This document shows positions 52,241-60,743 of a stretch of DNA of 64,000 nt, in pieces. Position 1 is the stretch's first letter; every line of letters begins with the position of its first letter. The notes beneath the pieces were generated by a model, which searched no databases, was not told the DNA's origin, and saw only the letters and a program-made list of their open reading frames with translations. A program made the position numbers and the translations under genes. The stretch comes from Obrimoposthia wandeli (Eukaryota), in assembly GCA_977020255.1 (NCBI GenBank), contig CDROCS010000506.1:310001-374000 (forward strand), read 5' to 3'.

Positions 52241-52546
52241 GTGAATGATTTTACTCAACAGGTATTTGCTTGCATCTATCAAGTACCTGTCGGTAAGGTT
52301 GCGACTTATGGTGATATAGCTAAGTTAGCAGGCATGCCAAGTAACGCGCGTCAGGTCGGTAAAATACTAAGTAACTTACCTGCCGATACGAAATTACCTT
52401 GGTATCGCATTGTGAACAGTCAGGGAAAAATATCCCTGCAAGGTGATCGTGGGGATTATCAACGGCAACAACTTGCTGCTGAAGGTATTCTACTCTCGGC
52501 ACATGGGACCATTTCGCTAAGAACCTACAGAATAGTCACGAGCTAG
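52241..52546 (+). CDS. alkyltransferase-like protein (Atl/YbaZ, MGMT family)
   Basis: VPVGKVATYGDIA..ARQVG..LPWYRIVNSQG. Trp replaces the catalytic Cys (PW-x-R), as in ATL proteins. Confidence 0.9.
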   Translation: MNDFTQQVFACIYQVPVGKVATYGDIAKLAGMPSNARQVGKILSNLPADTKLPWYRIVNSQGKISLQGDRGDYQRQQLAAEGILLSAHGTISLRTYRIVTS

Positions 52547-52555
52547 ATAGTTTAA

Positions 52556-52828
52556 CTAACCTTGAGTAAAACTATCTAATGCTCGATATTCCAGCGCGCT
52601 AATTTCTAACGCATCAACCTGTGCAGAATCCGGCCCTTCCCTTAACCATAAGATCAACTTACCCCGGTTAACCTTATCACCAAATACCTGTACTTCAACA
52701 TCACCATTTGTAAGATTAATAGCGTGACCAGTCAAACCAAGCTGCTGTGCTTGCAGTACCGTAGCATAACGAAAACCGACCATTTGTACCCTGCCATGTA
52801 CTATGATTTGATTGCCTTCTTGTAACAT
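52556..52828 (-). CDS. acylphosphatase
   Basis: GRVQMVGFRY (canonical QGVGFR, here G>M), GHAINLTNGDVEV, GPDSAQV. Confidence 0.9.
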   Translation of the reverse strand: MLQEGNQIIVHGRVQMVGFRYATVLQAQQLGLTGHAINLTNGDVEVQVFGDKVNRGKLILWLREGPDSAQVDALEISALEYRALDSFTQG

Positions 52829-52960
52829 AACGCCATATCCTTAACCGAACTTGCTCAACTATTATTGAGTATATGACCATATTTGCAATTTAGACCACGT
52901 TGATTAATTCAACAAATTGATAAGGTTCACAAAAACACGTTAAATGTAAATCCCAGATAC

Positions 52961-53002
52961 AAAAAAGCCCGTGAGACAGTGTTAACAGTCATTCACGGGC
53001 TT
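52961..53002 (-). terminator. terminator of the M14 peptidase gene
   Basis: aagcccgtga...tcacgggctt preceded by an A run. Confidence 0.7.
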
Positions 53003-53058
53003 GTGCCGTCAGTATTATTTATTCAGCTAACGCTTACAAATAACGTAGCGCTAACAAC

Positions 53059-54186
53059 TTAACGTAAATCGTCAACCACTGCTAACATAGCAACTAATGA
53101 TGCTTCACCAAGCTTAATAGAACGCTCTGGTGACCAACCCATCATAGGATCAGGTAAGTTATCATTGTCTTTAAATGGCATTTCCATGGTATTTGCTAAG
53201 CAATCAAACTCTTCAGCAACCCAGTTAGTCGCAACAGTCATGTTTGCAGTACCTGGTGCATCAACGTCATAACCAAATTCTGACTGGAAGTCTGCACTTG
53301 CTAGTTTGAACACTTCAGAGAAACGATCACGTAATTTCGCTAATCTGTCGTTATAGCTTGGCGTACCTTGAGAGCCCGCTAGGAATACGAAAGGTAATGC
53401 TTCATCACCGTGTACGTCATAGAATAAATCCACGCCAGTTTCTTTCATCTTATTGATGGTATGGAATACTTCTGGGCTTTTTTCTAAGCTTGGGTTTAAC
53501 CATTCGCGGTTAAGGTTTACACCAAGTGCATTGGTACGTAGATGACCACGTGCGCTGCCGTCTGGATTCATATTTGGCACGATGTAGAAGTTAGCTTTGT
53601 CTAATAATGCTTTACCCGTTGGGTTGTCACTATCAAGTAAGCTATGCATTAGGCCATCAACTAACCATTCAGCCATTGTTTCGCCTGGATGCTGACGCGC
53701 AGTGATCCAGATGTTACGTTTGCCTTCAGCGCCATCACCAATTTTAACTAACGTTAAGTCACGTTTATCAATTGTTTCACCAAGGTGCTCTAAGCTTACT
53801 AGCGGGTGCATTTGCACAGCAGCAAGTAGATCTTGATGACGTTCATAACTGTACGGGGCAAAGTATGCAATTTGCATAGATTCACAATCCATATCAGCAA
53901 TGATAGTTAATTTGCCGTCTTTATAGAAAGTCGGAATACGGAACCAGTGCTGGCGATCATACGATGCAACTGCTTGGTAGTTTTCCCAACCTTCTAAATA
54001 AGCCGCTTCACCAGCATTCATGATGTTCAGTGTATATTGCTCACCGACTACACCTTCAACACGGAAGTTAAACCATTGGAAAAACTCTTCACCTACGTCC
54101 GGACGGATCGCAAGTTGAACATCATTTTTGTCATCTAAATTAATAACTTCAATATTACCAGCATCAAAATTGGCGGTGATCCGCAT
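53059..54186 (-). CDS. M14 zinc carboxypeptidase, cytosolic CCP-like
   Basis: N-terminal FDAGNI domain, ARQHPGE (HxxE), NPDG, NLNREW, DVHGDE, TMEMPF. No signal peptide. Confidence 0.92.
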   Translation of the reverse strand: MRITANFDAGNIEVINLDDKNDVQLAIRPDVGEEFFQWFNFRVEGVVGEQYTLNIMNAGEAAYLEGWENYQAVASYDRQHWFRIPTFYKDGKLTIIADMDCESMQIAYFAPYSYERHQDLLAAVQMHPLVSLEHLGETIDKRDLTLVKIGDGAEGKRNIWITARQHPGETMAEWLVDGLMHSLLDSDNPTGKALLDKANFYIVPNMNPDGSARGHLRTNALGVNLNREWLNPSLEKSPEVFHTINKMKETGVDLFYDVHGDEALPFVFLAGSQGTPSYNDRLAKLRDRFSEVFKLASADFQSEFGYDVDAPGTANMTVATNWVAEEFDCLANTMEMPFKDNDNLPDPMMGWSPERSIKLGEASLVAMLAVVDDLR

Positions 54187-54439
54187 ACGACTTCCTTAAT
54201 TCACTTTTAAAATTGACTTAAGCATAAACGATCCCTGTGTAAGTTTGTAGGGCAGATCTTTATTAATAACACTAAATACCTTATTTAATTTCCATGTTTT
54301 GACAAAACTCAGCACAAAAGATCCAACATTGGTATTTCAATAACCATAATCAACCACAACAAATACCATCGACAGCCCTCTAACGCTACCACCTTAGTTA
54401 TATTTTATAGCTATTACTCATCATCTTCTGGCATTAAAA

Positions 54440-54453
54440 GAACGGTCGTGCTA
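54440..54453. promoter_or_regulatory. putative TetR operator 1
   Basis: gaacggtcgtgcta is the exact reverse complement of tagcacgaccgttc at 55210..55223. Confidence 0.7.
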
Positions 54454-54509
54454 AAAATATCTTTATTGATAAAAACGAACCAGCACACTAACAAGCCTAA
54501 AGGATAGTC

Positions 54510-55097
54510 ATGAGTAAAGGTCGTATAACCCGCGAACATATCCTCAATATAGCTTTCACTATTGCCAGTGAAACTGGGCTAGATAGCTTAACGATTGGTG
54601 TGCTTGCCAAAACCTGTGGCATGTCTAAAAGTGGCTTGTTCTCGCATTTTAATTCCAAAGAGAATCTACAAGTTGCAGTGATCGAATACGCCGGTGAATG
54701 TTTTAATGAGCGAGTCATTATTGCCGTTAGACTTGAGCAACATAGCGATGTGAATACACGCTTACAATCACTGTTACATCACTGGTTAGACTGGAATCAT
54801 TCATTCCAAGGCAGTTGTATGTTTATGGATGCTTGGAAAGAAAGTAACTGTAGCCAAGACATCTTGCAGCAAACATTACGCAAGCAACTGCATACTTGGA
54901 TCAGCTATTTAGAAATACAGATCAGTAAAGGTCAACAAAGTGGTTTATTCCGCGAAGACTTGGTACCAAGACAAGCAGTGTTCCAATTTTATGGCCTGTA
55001 TTTAAGCAGTCACCTGTTCCATTCCATCGAACTTGAAAATGATGAACGCACGCTATTTTGGCAAGGCGTCAAACAACTTTATAAGCAGTGGCAATAA
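54510..55097 (+). CDS. TetR/AcrR family transcriptional regulator
   Basis: TREHIL..GLDSLTIGVLAKTCGMSKSGLFSHFNSKENL helix-turn-helix. Confidence 0.94.
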   Translation: MSKGRITREHILNIAFTIASETGLDSLTIGVLAKTCGMSKSGLFSHFNSKENLQVAVIEYAGECFNERVIIAVRLEQHSDVNTRLQSLLHHWLDWNHSFQGSCMFMDAWKESNCSQDILQQTLRKQLHTWISYLEIQISKGQQSGLFREDLVPRQAVFQFYGLYLSSHLFHSIELENDERTLFWQGVKQLYKQWQ

Positions 55098-55209
55098 TAC
55101 ACCGCCGCTGTTGCTACTGATAAATCATCACTAATGATTAGTCGTAATAAATAGCAGTAATGTACCGATAATAATGAATGGGTGGCAACGCCTTTAAATA
55201 CAATTGAAA

Positions 55210-55223
55210 TAGCACGACCGTTC
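55210..55223. promoter_or_regulatory. putative TetR operator 2
   Basis: tagcacgaccgttc(gt) 30 bp upstream of the hydrolase start. Confidence 0.7.
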
Positions 55224-55252
55224 GTTTAAAGGGTGTTATTTAAGGAATTATA

Positions 55253-56098
55253 ATGAGCAGTAATATCTATTTTAACACCCGACGCAAGTTTACTATCCGC
55301 CATAGCATGATTAATATTGGCACGCGATTACATCACAGTATTGCACCGACTCACGCGCTGAAAACCGCGCGTAATATATTACTGACACCAGTGCGCAGTA
55401 CATCTAAAAATGAAGATCCGGCGGGCTTATTACGCTCAACGCACCTGACATCTGAAGGGCGTCTTAATACGTATCAGATCGGGAATGGACCGGTTTGGAT
55501 CTTAGCCCATGGTTGGTCAGGTAGCGCCAGTCAATTTTTTCCATTAATGGAACACATCGCAGAGCAAGGTTTTACAGCGCTGGCTTACGATCATCCTGCG
55601 CACGGTCAAAGTGAAGGTCGTCATGCTCACCTACCCGCGTTTGTAAAAGCATTCGATGAAATCGTTGAGAATATTGATGACGTGGCAGGCATAATTGCAC
55701 ATAGTATTGGCTCGACAGTTGTACTAGAGAGCCGTCACCCAAAAGTGGAAATCTTACCATTTTTATTAATTGCCCCCGTATTAAACTATGTTGAAAGCTT
55801 ATACGACACGGTTGGCAGTTCAGGGTATTCAATGAAATTGTTTGGTGAAATGATTGAGAAAATTGAAGACCAATATGACTATAGATTAGAAACGATTAAA
55901 CCCTATAAAACACTTATCTCTCGCCAGCAAAAAACCATCATTATTCATGATAAGCGTGATAGATTTGCCGACTTTAGCACCTCAGAATCAGCAGCTAAAG
56001 AAGCGAGCACTATCGACTTAATCACAACACAAGGGCAAGGACATGGCCGAGTGATTAACTGTGATTCAACGATGGAAGCTTTCAATAGCTTGGTTTAA
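55253..56098 (+). CDS. alpha/beta hydrolase
   Basis: AHGWSG, YDHPAHGQS, AHSIG nucleophile elbow, IHDKRD, GHGR. Confidence 0.92.
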   Translation: MSSNIYFNTRRKFTIRHSMINIGTRLHHSIAPTHALKTARNILLTPVRSTSKNEDPAGLLRSTHLTSEGRLNTYQIGNGPVWILAHGWSGSASQFFPLMEHIAEQGFTALAYDHPAHGQSEGRHAHLPAFVKAFDEIVENIDDVAGIIAHSIGSTVVLESRHPKVEILPFLLIAPVLNYVESLYDTVGSSGYSMKLFGEMIEKIEDQYDYRLETIKPYKTLISRQQKTIIIHDKRDRFADFSTSESAAKEASTIDLITTQGQGHGRVINCDSTMEAFNSLV

Positions 56099-56109
56099 TT
56101 TGGCTGAGC

Positions 56110-56142
56110 TTAGACTTAATTTAGGCTTAATTTAGACTTAGT
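56110..56142. repeat. 11-bp tandem repeat x3
   Basis: ttagacttaat / ttaggcttaat / ttagacttagt just after the hydrolase stop. Confidence 0.8.
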
Positions 56143-56163
56143 TAATCGTACTACAGTAAAACA

Positions 56164-56200
56164 CAGCGCTTTAGCAGGGGTTCAAACTACTAAAGCGCTG
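56164..56200. terminator. inverted repeat between convergent genes
   Basis: cagcgctttag...ctaaagcgctg. Confidence 0.65.
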
Positions 56201-56226
56201 ATGAATTTCACTTAACCTGTCTTGTA

Positions 56227-56382
56227 TTAATGAATAAAATTATCGTCATCCATTTCTTGTCTCGCCCTGCGTAAGTTACGGCGCGAACGCTGCTCTTGTT
56301 TACGCACAGCAACACCTACCTCATTATCATCATCAAATCTAAAGACTGGTTTTTTTTTAAATTTAAGATCTAATTTAGCCAC
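56227..56382 (-). CDS. small charged hypothetical protein (51 aa)
   Basis: GTG start with AAGGA RBS. KLDLKFKKKP..DDDNE..RSRRNLRRAR..EMDDD. Confidence 0.55.
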   Translation of the reverse strand: MAKLDLKFKKKPVFRFDDDNEVGVAVRKQEQRSRRNLRRARQEMDDDNFIH

Positions 56383-56550
56383 TGCATTTTCCTTAATAAA
56401 AAGGTGTTGACGCACCACACCAGATACAAATACTACACCTTCTCAGGCAAAAATATAAATCAATCTTTTCATCGTCAGCAGTAAATTATTTTGTTGTACA
56501 AGTCGTAAAAACTAAACGATTATCTGCAAAAAAATGATGAGGTCAATAAA

Positions 56551-56931
56551 ATGAGAAATATGGGTGTATTCTTAGATGAATTACATTTTCCTGCTGGCTT
56601 TAATGCCGACAATAGTTTCAGTTCAGAAGAAACGACCACGCTAGAAAGTTATGGGCTAACCATGCGCCAGTTACAAGAAGGTAACTTGTTACCACTCACT
56701 GCTGCTGAATTCTATTTCTTAGCGGAATTAGATGGTGAAATCCCGACCACCTCGAATTTTTCTCGATGCTGGCGTAAATACAATAGCAAGATCACGCGTT
56801 TCGATAATAACTCGACCAAACGAGCAAAATGTAAACGAGCAACAACAGTACGTGATGATGCCGATATAACGGTAAACGCAGAAGAGGAAAATGACGATGA
56901 TGAATACGGAAATTTAGAATTCGACTTGTGA
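56551..56931 (+). CDS. DUF413 / MaoP-like protein, paralog 1
   Basis: FLDELHFPAGF..F..E...LESYG..L..G...P...E..F.....G.......W.KY aligns with MaoP/YifE (FDNKHYPRGF..FTIKEAQLLERHG..W.KY). Acidic tail. Confidence 0.8.
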   Translation: MRNMGVFLDELHFPAGFNADNSFSSEETTTLESYGLTMRQLQEGNLLPLTAAEFYFLAELDGEIPTTSNFSRCWRKYNSKITRFDNNSTKRAKCKRATTVRDDADITVNAEEENDDDEYGNLEFDL

Positions 56932-56950
56932 GAGGTCACGCCACCTAAAC

Positions 56951-56988
56951 GGTAATATCCACCCTACGTGATGGCAGTGGATATTACC
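56951..56988. terminator. 12-bp inverted repeat between convergent DUF413 and rimK
   Basis: ggtaatatccac...gtggatattacc. Confidence 0.65.
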
Positions 56989-57044
56989 TATAGTCGCGAC
57001 AGACTATGATTAACGATTAACGATGAATCACGAGCAACCTACAT

Positions 57045-57929
57045 TTATTCAGTTACTGCCACATTCTCTTCGATATAAGTAATGATCAATTTAGCAATAT
57101 CCATATCGGTCGCCTGCTCAATACCTTCTAACCCAGGTGAAGAATTTACTTCCATAATCAACGGCCCACGTGCAGAGCGTAATAAATCAACACCCGCTAC
57201 TTTTAAGCCCATCGCTTGTGTCGCTGCAATCGCCGTTGCACGCTCTTCAGGGGTAATTTCAATCTGGCACGCATGGCCCCCGCGATGCAGGTTAGATCGA
57301 AATTCGCCCTCAGGCGCTTGACGCTTCATCGCAGCAACCACTTCATCACCAATCACAAAACAGCGAATATCGGCGCCTTTCGACTCCTTGATATATTCTT
57401 GTACCAGTATGTTCGCTTTCATGCCCATAAACGCCTCTAGCACACTCTCAGCGGCTTGATTCGTTTCTGCTAGCACCACACCAATGCCTTGAGTACCTTC
57501 GAGTAATTTTATCACTAAAGGCGCGCCGCCCACCAAACTGATCACATCAGGGATATCCGTTGGTGAATTAGCAAACCCAGTCACTGGCATACCAATATTC
57601 TGCTGGCTGAGCAACTGCAGCGATTGTAATTTATCGCGTGAACAGGTAATCGCCAACGACGGGTTAATGGTAAATACCCCCATCATTTCAAACTGGCGCA
57701 ATACCGCACAGCCGTAAAAACTAACTTCCGTACCAATGCGTGGGATCACCGCATCAAATCCCTCGAGGCTTTCGCCATCAAAGTGAATGGAAGGTTTAGT
57801 ATCATTAATATTCATATAACAACGTAATACATCAATCACCACAGGCTCATGCCCATGGTCCAAACAAGTTTCTACAATGCGGCGTGTTGAGTATAACGTT
57901 GGGCCTTGCGATAAAATGGCTATTTTCAC
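57045..57929 (-). CDS. rimK: RimK family alpha-L-glutamate ligase
   Basis: [69 protein letters not shown]. Confidence 0.93.
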   Translation of the reverse strand: MKIAILSQGPTLYSTRRIVETCLDHGHEPVVIDVLRCYMNINDTKPSIHFDGESLEGFDAVIPRIGTEVSFYGCAVLRQFEMMGVFTINPSLAITCSRDKLQSLQLLSQQNIGMPVTGFANSPTDIPDVISLVGGAPLVIKLLEGTQGIGVVLAETNQAAESVLEAFMGMKANILVQEYIKESKGADIRCFVIGDEVVAAMKRQAPEGEFRSNLHRGGHACQIEITPEERATAIAATQAMGLKVAGVDLLRSARGPLIMEVNSSPGLEGIEQATDMDIAKLIITYIEENVAVTE

Positions 57930-58018
57930 TTTACTTTCTCTATTTAACTTTTAATAACACTTAATAATTGTTCTTAACTGTTGGCTATCAATATGACCAA
58001 CAGTCACAATCTACTAAA

Positions 58019-59047
58019 TTAATTCGATACCTTCAGGTGTTGTAATACCGGACAGATAATCGATGACACATAATCAGCGGTTTTATGGCTGTAATCCAGT
58101 TCAGGGTTTAGCGTGACAATGTCGAGCATTTTCAACTTGCCACTACGCGCGATAATCTTTAACGCAAAAGTCAGTACTTCTAGGGTGATGCCCTGGGTCT
58201 GACTTGAATGTAAATGACTCTCCTTGGACTGTAATACCTGCTCACAAATAACCGCTAAATCGACACTCAAGTGAATATGATCAACTTGCTCAATGAATCG
58301 CTCTAATGTTTCTTCAATGAGTTCACAATGCGTGATACTCATATGTTTATCCAATAGCCAATCACAACCGAGCTGTTTAGCATACTCAAACGTGTCTACA
58401 GAGTTTGTGCGTTTACAAATGCCTAATCCTAAATAATTAAAAATTCTAAATGTCTCCAAGCAATATTGATTCACTGCATTAAATGCAGAATCCAGCTTAG
58501 GTGACGGTGTTAATCGTAACTCAAAGTTCGGGTCAAAATTAATAATGCCTATTTTGTTATTACCCGCGACATAATCACTGCCATACCACTTGTTATGCTG
58601 GTGTTGATGGTATTGCTGTTGATATAAATGCGCCGATAATGCTTGATAGTTCGCGATTGAAATGGAATCCGCACTGCCTATCGTAATAGGGAAATGACCC
58701 GCCATTAAATACACCAGTACTTTTAGGTATTGTTCCAGTTGAATATCATCGACATCCAAATCATCAAAACCGTCGATATCATCGAGCATACCGGCGTTAT
58801 AAACCGGTATATTGGTTTTAGTGAATGCCGCATGCATAACACTTCGAGCAATACTTTCTAAGCCACCCGGTTTTGATAGCAAGTTAACGACACTGTTATC
58901 CGCGACAACATTACTTGGGAATCGACCGTCCGCAGCTACACCTAATAAAACAGCGCCGGGAGCCGACTGCTGTTTATAAGGTCGTAACACTTTAATCGAA
59001 CAAAACCAAAGATTTAAATTCTGACGTAATCGTTGAGAAAATGTCAT
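58019..59047 (-). CDS. formiminoglutamase (HutG)/arginase-fold protein with degenerate active site
   Basis: IGIINFDPNFELR, LGLGI..TNS, IHLSVDLAV and LDIVTLNPELD align with HutG but lack the metal ligands. Confidence 0.82.
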   Translation of the reverse strand: MTFSQRLRQNLNLWFCSIKVLRPYKQQSAPGAVLLGVAADGRFPSNVVADNSVVNLLSKPGGLESIARSVMHAAFTKTNIPVYNAGMLDDIDGFDDLDVDDIQLEQYLKVLVYLMAGHFPITIGSADSISIANYQALSAHLYQQQYHQHQHNKWYGSDYVAGNNKIGIINFDPNFELRLTPSPKLDSAFNAVNQYCLETFRIFNYLGLGICKRTNSVDTFEYAKQLGCDWLLDKHMSITHCELIEETLERFIEQVDHIHLSVDLAVICEQVLQSKESHLHSSQTQGITLEVLTFALKIIARSGKLKMLDIVTLNPELDYSHKTADYVSSIICPVLQHLKVSN

Positions 59048-59325
59048 TTCCGCCTATCCCCTTTTAGTCGCGAAAGAATGCGATTAAACGCTTTGAGACA
59101 AGGTTTGGCAAATGAGTTCTTTTTATCGTGACGATGAATAAAATTGATTGATAACGAGAAGAAATAGCGCGAGATTAATACATCAAAAAGTAAAATTGTG
59201 ACGGCCGATTACAAATTTTTTTTCCATTGTCATTAAACTGTCAAAATCCAAGGTTAGTTTAGAGATCAATTAAATCAGTAGTTAAAATGTTCAAGACACA
59301 GTTAATTTAACGCAAGGTAATCGCT

Positions 59326-59703
59326 ATGAGAAGCATGGGTATATTTTTAGATGAAGTGCATTTTCCGCTTGGTTTTCAACAACAAAATGCATTTAATGTA
59401 GATGAATCACAATTATTAGAACATTATGGTTTGACGATGCAGCGACTTCAAGAAGGCGAACTTTTACCCGCCACAGCTGATGAACACTTCTTTCTCGCCG
59501 AGCTTGATGGTGAATTCGAACTAACCTCTGATTTTGCCCGCTGCTGGCGTAAATATAGCCATAAAATAACGCACACCAATACATCACGTCATTTAACGGC
59601 TAAGCGTAATACCAAGCAGCCGAGTCGTGACTACTTTGTCGATGAACTCTCGGCACTAGAAGACATAGATAGTACTTATGATGAATTAGATTTGGATTCA
59701 TAA
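59326..59703 (+). CDS. DUF413 / MaoP-like protein, paralog 2
   Basis: 53 of the first 82 residues are identical to paralog 1 (manual alignment). RBS AAGGT. Confidence 0.8.
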   Translation: MRSMGIFLDEVHFPLGFQQQNAFNVDESQLLEHYGLTMQRLQEGELLPATADEHFFLAELDGEFELTSDFARCWRKYSHKITHTNTSRHLTAKRNTKQPSRDYFVDELSALEDIDSTYDELDLDS

Positions 59704-59750
59704 AGAACCCGTTACTTATAACATCAATCACACTTTATAGTATCTACCAC

Positions 59751-59779
59751 AAAACGCACCCAGCTAAGGTGCGTTTTTG
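59751..59779 (+). terminator. rho-independent terminator
   Basis: aaaacgcacc-cagctaa-ggtgcgtttttgt. Confidence 0.8.
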
Positions 59780-60022
59780 TTTACTGATAACCGATAACCT
59801 ATACCCTTTCATCATTGATCATTCATGCTCAACTTATCTACGTTCTGCTTATTCTACTTACGCGACAATACAAGAACAGTGATCCTGGCATAATAATTTC
59901 AAGGCCGACCAGTTTAACCAATACAAACAATCAATATATGTATAAAATACTATTATAAACCATCATTATTTAAGTATTACCGCATCGTTAACTACCGCTT
60001 TCTATGCGAAACAGGGATCACC

Positions 60023-60244
60023 ATGGATTTAATTGAAGTACCTCTCAGCATATTTTTAATCATCGTTGCACCGTTGTGGCTAATTTTACATTACCGTAGT
60101 AAGCGCCAAACCAACCAAGGGCTGTCAGAAAAAGATCAAGAAAACCTACAATCACTGATTAACCGCACAGAAAAACTCCAAGATCGTATTATTTCGCTCG
60201 AATTGATCTTAGATGAAGAGTCGCCGAAATGGAGAGACAGATGA
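60023..60244 (+). CDS. pspB: phage shock protein B
   Basis: PLSIFLIIVAPLWLILHYRSK..LQDRIISLELILDEESPKWR. Confidence 0.92.
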   Translation: MDLIEVPLSIFLIIVAPLWLILHYRSKRQTNQGLSEKDQENLQSLINRTEKLQDRIISLELILDEESPKWRDR

Positions 60245-60621
60245 TCAAGTTATATCGAGACACCCAAAATGGCAAACTCGGTGGTGTATGTGCCGGTTTA
60301 GCGACAGCACTTGGCGCAGAAGTCTGGTTGGTTAGACTGTTATTTGTCTCTTTATGTTTATTTACCGGTTTCTTTCTCGCGATCCTGATTTATATCATTG
60401 CTTGCCTATTTGTAGAAAAAATTCCCATCCAAAAGCAACAACAAAATAGCATGTATGCCAATCATTCGATGAAGACAAAACCGTGGCAACAAGGCCATTC
60501 AGCCGAGAAAATACTCGAGAATATTACAACAGAGCTCGACGACATCGACCAAGATCTACAAAAAATGGAAGACTATGTGATTTCATTTTCATTTAAAATG
60601 GATCGTGAATTCAAAAAATAG
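60241..60621 (+). CDS. pspC: phage shock protein C
   Basis: KLYRDTQNGKLGGVCAGLA..WLVRL, TM, C-terminal coiled coil. ATGA overlap with pspB. Confidence 0.92.
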   Translation: MIKLYRDTQNGKLGGVCAGLATALGAEVWLVRLLFVSLCLFTGFFLAILIYIIACLFVEKIPIQKQQQNSMYANHSMKTKPWQQGHSAEKILENITTELDDIDQDLQKMEDYVISFSFKMDREFKK

Positions 60622-60743
60622 CTACATGATAGAAATAGTAGAAATACCAGTAATTGTAATTATCACATCAATAGTTAAGCAGTAATGATAAAGTGTTTTA
60701 ATCGAGATCGAGACACATTGATAACGGACTATCAAAGGAGAGT

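Noticed and set aside
52760-52790. Acylphosphatase G>M change in the QGVGFR loop as inactivation
   Set aside because: The catalytic Arg and Asn are retained, and a single substitution is not enough evidence.
59886-59901. Sigma54 promoter as a firm feature
   Set aside because: The invariant -12 GC is TC and no enhancer-binding protein gene is adjacent. Mentioned only as a possibility.
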